NCBI GenBank assembly: GCA_964615175.1
Contig: CAZTOV010000002.1
Span: forward strand, 1-60,050
Direction of reading: 5' to 3'
Length of the DNA stretch: 60,050 bases
Source: an uncultured Burkholderiales bacterium
GTDB taxonomy: Bacteria > Actinomycetota > Acidimicrobiia > IMCC26256 > JACPCJ01
Under the pieces are notes generated by a model, which was not told where the DNA came from, did no database searches, and worked only from the letters and a program-made list of their open reading frames with translations. The translations under genes were made by a program, and so were the position numbers. This document shows positions 56,443 to 60,050 of the stretch, piece after piece. How positions within the stretch are numbered: position 1 is the first letter of the stretch; every line of letters begins with the position of its first letter.

Positions 56443-58866
56443 GTGCTTGACGTCGTCATCCTGTGCGGCGGTCGGGGGACGCGCGCGTATCCCGACACGC
56501 TCGAGCTCCCGAAGCCGCTCCTTCCCGTGGCCGGCATCCCGATCGTCGAGCACGTCATGGGGATCTATGCGCGTCACGGTCATCGGCGGTTCATCCTGGC
56601 CAGCGGCTACCTGGGCGAACGTCTGGCCGAGCACTTCGCCACATCCCGCGGGGATTACGAGGTCGAGGTGGTCGACACCGGCCTCGACACCGACACGGGT
56701 GAGCGTCTCCGGCGCGTCTGCGACCACGTGCGGGGAGAGCGGTTCTTCGCCACCTACGCCGACGGCCTTGCCGACATCGACCTCGACGCGCTCGTTCAGC
56801 GTCACATGGAGCACGACGGTGCCGCCACCGTCACCACGGTCCCGCTCCCGTCGCAGTACGGGGTGCTCGAGTCCGGGGAAGACGGTCGAGTAGCGCGATT
56901 CCGAGAGAAGCCCCGTCTCGAGGAGCATTGGATCAACGGCGGCTTCTTCGTGTTCGAGCGCCGCGCGTTCGATACGTGGGAAGGCGAGAACCTCGAACGA
57001 GAGGTCCTTCCCGCGTTGAGCGAGCGCCACGACCTCTTCACGTTCCGCCATCGCGGGTTCTGGAAGTCGATGGACACCTTCAAGGATCGCGAAGAGTTGA
57101 ACCGGCTCGCGGAAATCGGCAGCCCGCCGTGGGAGGCCGCGAGGCACTTGGAGCGGGAAACGCAGCCCGCGGCCGCGTCGGTGGAGTCGGCTGCACGGGT
57201 CGGGGTGCCATCTGTCGCCTCCGTCGGCAACGGCTCCGACCGCGACGGCAATGGATCGCACCGGCTCGGAGACGGGAACGGCTCCGGCCATCGACATGGC
57301 GAAGCCGCGCCCGCCAGCGGCCCGGTCGCGCTGCTGACCGACGAAACCGACCACCAGGGCGGGAACGGGTCGCCCTCCGACGATTCCCGGACTCATCGTG
57401 AGGGGACCGGCAAGCTTCCCGGTCACGACGCCCTCGATCTCCCGCGAGCACCGACGCGTGCGGAGACGAACCGCCGGATGCGGATGGTCACGCTCGCCAC
57501 GGTGGTCGTCGACCTGCTCGCCGTGTACCTGGCGTACCACTTCGCAGGCTCGATCAAGACGGGATTCCTCGGCGAACGTTTGGTGGGTTCGGACCGGGCC
57601 GAACTGCTCGTGACCTGGCCGATCTGGTTGGGAGCCTTCGCCGCGTACGGTCTCTACAACCGCAGCCGCCTCGTCGCAGCCGGCGAAGAAGTGCGCAGGG
57701 TGCTCCAGGCCATCGGGCTCGGGGCGATCCTCGTGGTCGTCGTGACGTTCCTCCTCAGACAGGATGTCGGACGGTCCTTCGTCGCCGTCGTGGCCCTCTT
57801 CTCTCTCGGGTTCGTCATGTTCGGGCGTTTCGTGGTTCGCGGCATCGTGCAGTGGCTCGCCACGCGGGGGATCGTGGGTGTCCGGGTCCTGGTGGTCGGG
57901 TCGAACGGCGAGGCCCGGGCTCTCATCCGGCGTCTCGAGCGTCAGCCCTGGCTCGGATACGTTCCCGTCGGCCTGGTCACACCCGAGTGTCGCCACGCCG
58001 AGCCGCACGCGACCGAACCGCTGATCATCGGTTGCCTGGCCGACATCACCACCGTGGTCGAGGACGTCGAAGCGTCGGCGGTGATCATCGAGTCGACCGA
58101 TCTGCCGCCCGACCAGTTGGCGGACGTGTGCGCGGATCTCAATGCTCTGGGTCTCGACGTCCGGGTGACGCCGGGCCTGCCACTGGTGTCGGCCTCACGC
58201 ATTTCGGTTGCCCCCCTCGACGGGCTGGCCGTCCTCTCGATCAGGCGGAATCATCAACTGGCTCGACGTCAGGCCTTCATGAAGCGCGCGTTCGACCTCG
58301 TGGTCGGAGGTCTGTTGGTCCTGCTGACGCTTCCCCTGCTGATCACCCTCCTCCTCGTGGTTCGGCTCACTTCGAAGGGACCGGCCCTCTTCCGGCAGTT
58401 GCGGGTCGGTGAGGGAGGCAAGCGCTTCGTGCTCTACAAGCTCCGCACGATGTGCGTGGACGCGGAGAGTCAGGTCGTCGACCTCCGTGACCAGAACTCC
58501 GCCGACGGCGTCCTGTTCAAGCTCGAGGAGGATCCCCGCGTGACCCGGGTGGGCCGCGTCCTCCGTCGATGGGGCCTCGATGAACTTCCCCAGCTCTGGA
58601 ATGTGCTCCGAGGCGAGATGAGCCTCGTCGGACCCCGTCCCCCGCTTCCCGGCGAGACCGTTCGCTACGACGAGTGGGTGCGCGGTCGCCTGAACGTGAA
58701 GCCGGGAATCACCGGCCTCTGGCAGGTCAAGGGCGGCCATGTCCTGAGCTTCGACGACTACGTCCGGTACGACCTCTTCTACGTCGAGAACTGGTCGCTC
58801 GGACTCGATCTGTACGTGATGGCGAGCACGCTTCCGGCGCTGCTCTTCCGGAGAGGAATGGCATGA
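56443..58866 (+). CDS. Fusion of a sugar-1-phosphate nucleotidyltransferase (RfbF-like) and a WcaJ-type phosphoglycosyltransferase
   Basis: N-terminal [24 protein letters not shown] and FWKSMDT; C-terminal four [22 protein letters not shown] and SLVGPRP; one 807-aa ORF. Confidence 0.88.
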   Translation: MLDVVILCGGRGTRAYPDTLELPKPLLPVAGIPIVEHVMGIYARHGHRRFILASGYLGERLAEHFATSRGDYEVEVVDTGLDTDTGERLRRVCDHVRGERFFATYADGLADIDLDALVQRHMEHDGAATVTTVPLPSQYGVLESGEDGRVARFREKPRLEEHWINGGFFVFERRAFDTWEGENLEREVLPALSERHDLFTFRHRGFWKSMDTFKDREELNRLAEIGSPPWEAARHLERETQPAAASVESAARVGVPSVASVGNGSDRDGNGSHRLGDGNGSGHRHGEAAPASGPVALLTDETDHQGGNGSPSDDSRTHREGTGKLPGHDALDLPRAPTRAETNRRMRMVTLATVVVDLLAVYLAYHFAGSIKTGFLGERLVGSDRAELLVTWPIWLGAFAAYGLYNRSRLVAAGEEVRRVLQAIGLGAILVVVVTFLLRQDVGRSFVAVVALFSLGFVMFGRFVVRGIVQWLATRGIVGVRVLVVGSNGEARALIRRLERQPWLGYVPVGLVTPECRHAEPHATEPLIIGCLADITTVVEDVEASAVIIESTDLPPDQLADVCADLNALGLDVRVTPGLPLVSASRISVAPLDGLAVLSIRRNHQLARRQAFMKRAFDLVVGGLLVLLTLPLLITLLLVVRLTSKGPALFRQLRVGEGGKRFVLYKLRTMCVDAESQVVDLRDQNSADGVLFKLEEDPRVTRVGRVLRRWGLDELPQLWNVLRGEMSLVGPRPPLPGETVRYDEWVRGRLNVKPGITGLWQVKGGHVLSFDDYVRYDLFYVENWSLGLDLYVMASTLPALLFRRGMA

Positions 58867-58916
58867 CGAACATCGTTGGCCGCATGCGAATCGGCGCACG
58901 CACACGGGGAGGTGCG

Positions 58917-60050
58917 ATGAAGACGACCGAGCGTTCGAAGTTGGTCAGGTTCGTCGCGGGACCGCTGGTCGCCGCGATGCTCGTTCCGCTGGCGGCGACC
59001 ACCGTCGTGCAGGTGACGACGAGTGCCGAGCTGCTTGCCGCGACCCCGTTCGAGGTCGTGGTCGTCGATGCGGCCAATCCGAGCGGGAGTTCGACGACCC
59101 GGGCGCTCCAGGCCGATACGACGTATGCGCTCGAGGCTTCGGGAACGTTCCAGCACGGGACCGGGGAGGCTGACGCGGAGTGCGCCCGGCTGCCCGGTGA
59201 TCCCCGCTGGCACCGCCAGCCCTTCCCGAGCGAGGGGGACCACTTCATCGATCTCCTCGTTGCCGAGAACGGCGTCGCGTGGGTCGCGACCAGCGCGGAT
59301 TCGATGGGCTGCAACACCTCGAACCATCGCTACACGTACACGTTCGTTCCCGCGTCCACCGGCCCCGTCAACTTCCGGATCAACGACGCTGCCTTCAACG
59401 ACAACCTCGGCACCCTCAGCGTCACCATCACCGAGGTGACCGAGAACGATCCCGCCCAGGACGTGCAGGACGAAGCCGAGCGGACGAAGGCCGAGGCCGA
59501 GGAGAAGCCGGGCGAGGTCGAAGAGGCCGTGGAACGGGAGCGCCAGAAGGCCGAGGAGGACGCCAAGGACGCCGAGGACGAGGCGGCGGCGGCCAAGCAG
59601 CAGGCCGAGGACGAGGCGATGGCGGCCAAGCAGCAGGCCGAGGACGACCTCATGGCCGAGAAGGAGAAGATCGAGGAGACCGCCACCGAGGAACTCGGCG
59701 ACGCCGGCGACGACGTCTTCGCGGCGAAGGAGCAGGCCGAGGAGGATGCCAAGCGGGCTGAAGATGACGCGATGGCGGCCAAGCAGCAAGCGGAGGACGA
59801 TGCCGCGGCCGCCGAGGACGAAGCGCGGCGCAGGGCCGCCGAGATCGCCGGCGATCCCGAACCCGGCCCCATTGCCGAAGCCGTGGTCGCTGCCGTCAAC
59901 AGCCTGAAGTCGGACGCCGAAAAGACGGCGGAAGACCTCGGCCGCAACGAGGTGCCCGTTCCATCCGACGACGATGACTCGGGTTCCGACGACGGTGACT
60001 CGGGTTCCGACGACGGTGACTCGGGTTCCGACGACGGTGACTCGGGTTCC
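58917..60050 (+). CDS. Secreted protein (3' end beyond the window) with one 'DAEC' domain, 11-mer helical repeats and a D/G/S tail
   Basis: GGGGAGG RBS; MKTTERSKLVRFVAGPLVAAML...GTFQHGTGEADAEC...HRYTYTF...VNFRIND...LSVTITEV, then AAKQQAEDEAM-type repeats. It is absent from the ORF track because it has no stop in the window. Confidence 0.85.
   Translation, partial: MKTTERSKLVRFVAGPLVAAMLVPLAATTVVQVTTSAELLAATPFEVVVVDAANPSGSSTTRALQADTTYALEASGTFQHGTGEADAECARLPGDPRWHRQPFPSEGDHFIDLLVAENGVAWVATSADSMGCNTSNHRYTYTFVPASTGPVNFRINDAAFNDNLGTLSVTITEVTENDPAQDVQDEAERTKAEAEEKPGEVEEAVERERQKAEEDAKDAEDEAAAAKQQAEDEAMAAKQQAEDDLMAEKEKIEETATEELGDAGDDVFAAKEQAEEDAKRAEDDAMAAKQQAEDDAAAAEDEARRRAAEIAGDPEPGPIAEAVVAAVNSLKSDAEKTAEDLGRNEVPVPSDDDDSGSDDGDSGSDDGDSGSDDGDSGS
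59976..60050 (+). repeat. 21-bp coding tandem repeat (DSGSDDG)n
   Basis: GACTCGGGTTCCGACGACGGT x3 plus a partial copy running to the window end. Confidence 0.92.

Noticed and set aside
59976..60050. CRISPR array
   Set aside because: The repeats are contiguous with no spacers and encode an in-frame peptide; no cas genes are present.

Overview
High-GC actinobacterial DNA (UPF0182, mycothione reductase, many apparently leaderless genes; Acidimicrobiia-like by inference). The key structure is a ~12.1 kb integrative island (996..13119) bounded by a 7-bp direct repeat, TTAGGAA, which is the anticodon loop of a host tRNA-Arg(CCT). Integration split that tRNA into a 5' half (13113..13150) and a 3' half (958..1002), and neither junction restores it. 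The island instead carries its own complete tRNA-Arg(CCT) (11615..11687), divergent from the tyrosine integrase, with a rewritten anticodon arm. The cargo looks like anti-phage defence: a 1984-aa nuclease-STAND (Avs-like) protein, an OLD-family ABC-ATPase/TOPRIM nuclease and a Panacea (DUF4065) antitoxin paired with a GNAT. A MazEF-type pair lies just outside the island. The rest of the window holds: amidase, a MITE, UPF0182, lipid/redox enzymes, a cobalamin riboswitch controlling an ECF B12-uptake operon with extra surface proteins, mtr, a NirK-cupredoxin fusion with a DosR-like box, a PNPOx-like/MenA fusion, a membrane-tethered ECF sigma factor, and a surface-glycan locus. That locus includes a nucleotidyltransferase-phosphoglycosyltransferase fusion and three secreted proteins sharing an unrecognised 'DAEC' domain. 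All family calls come from motifs read by eye; no database searches were run.
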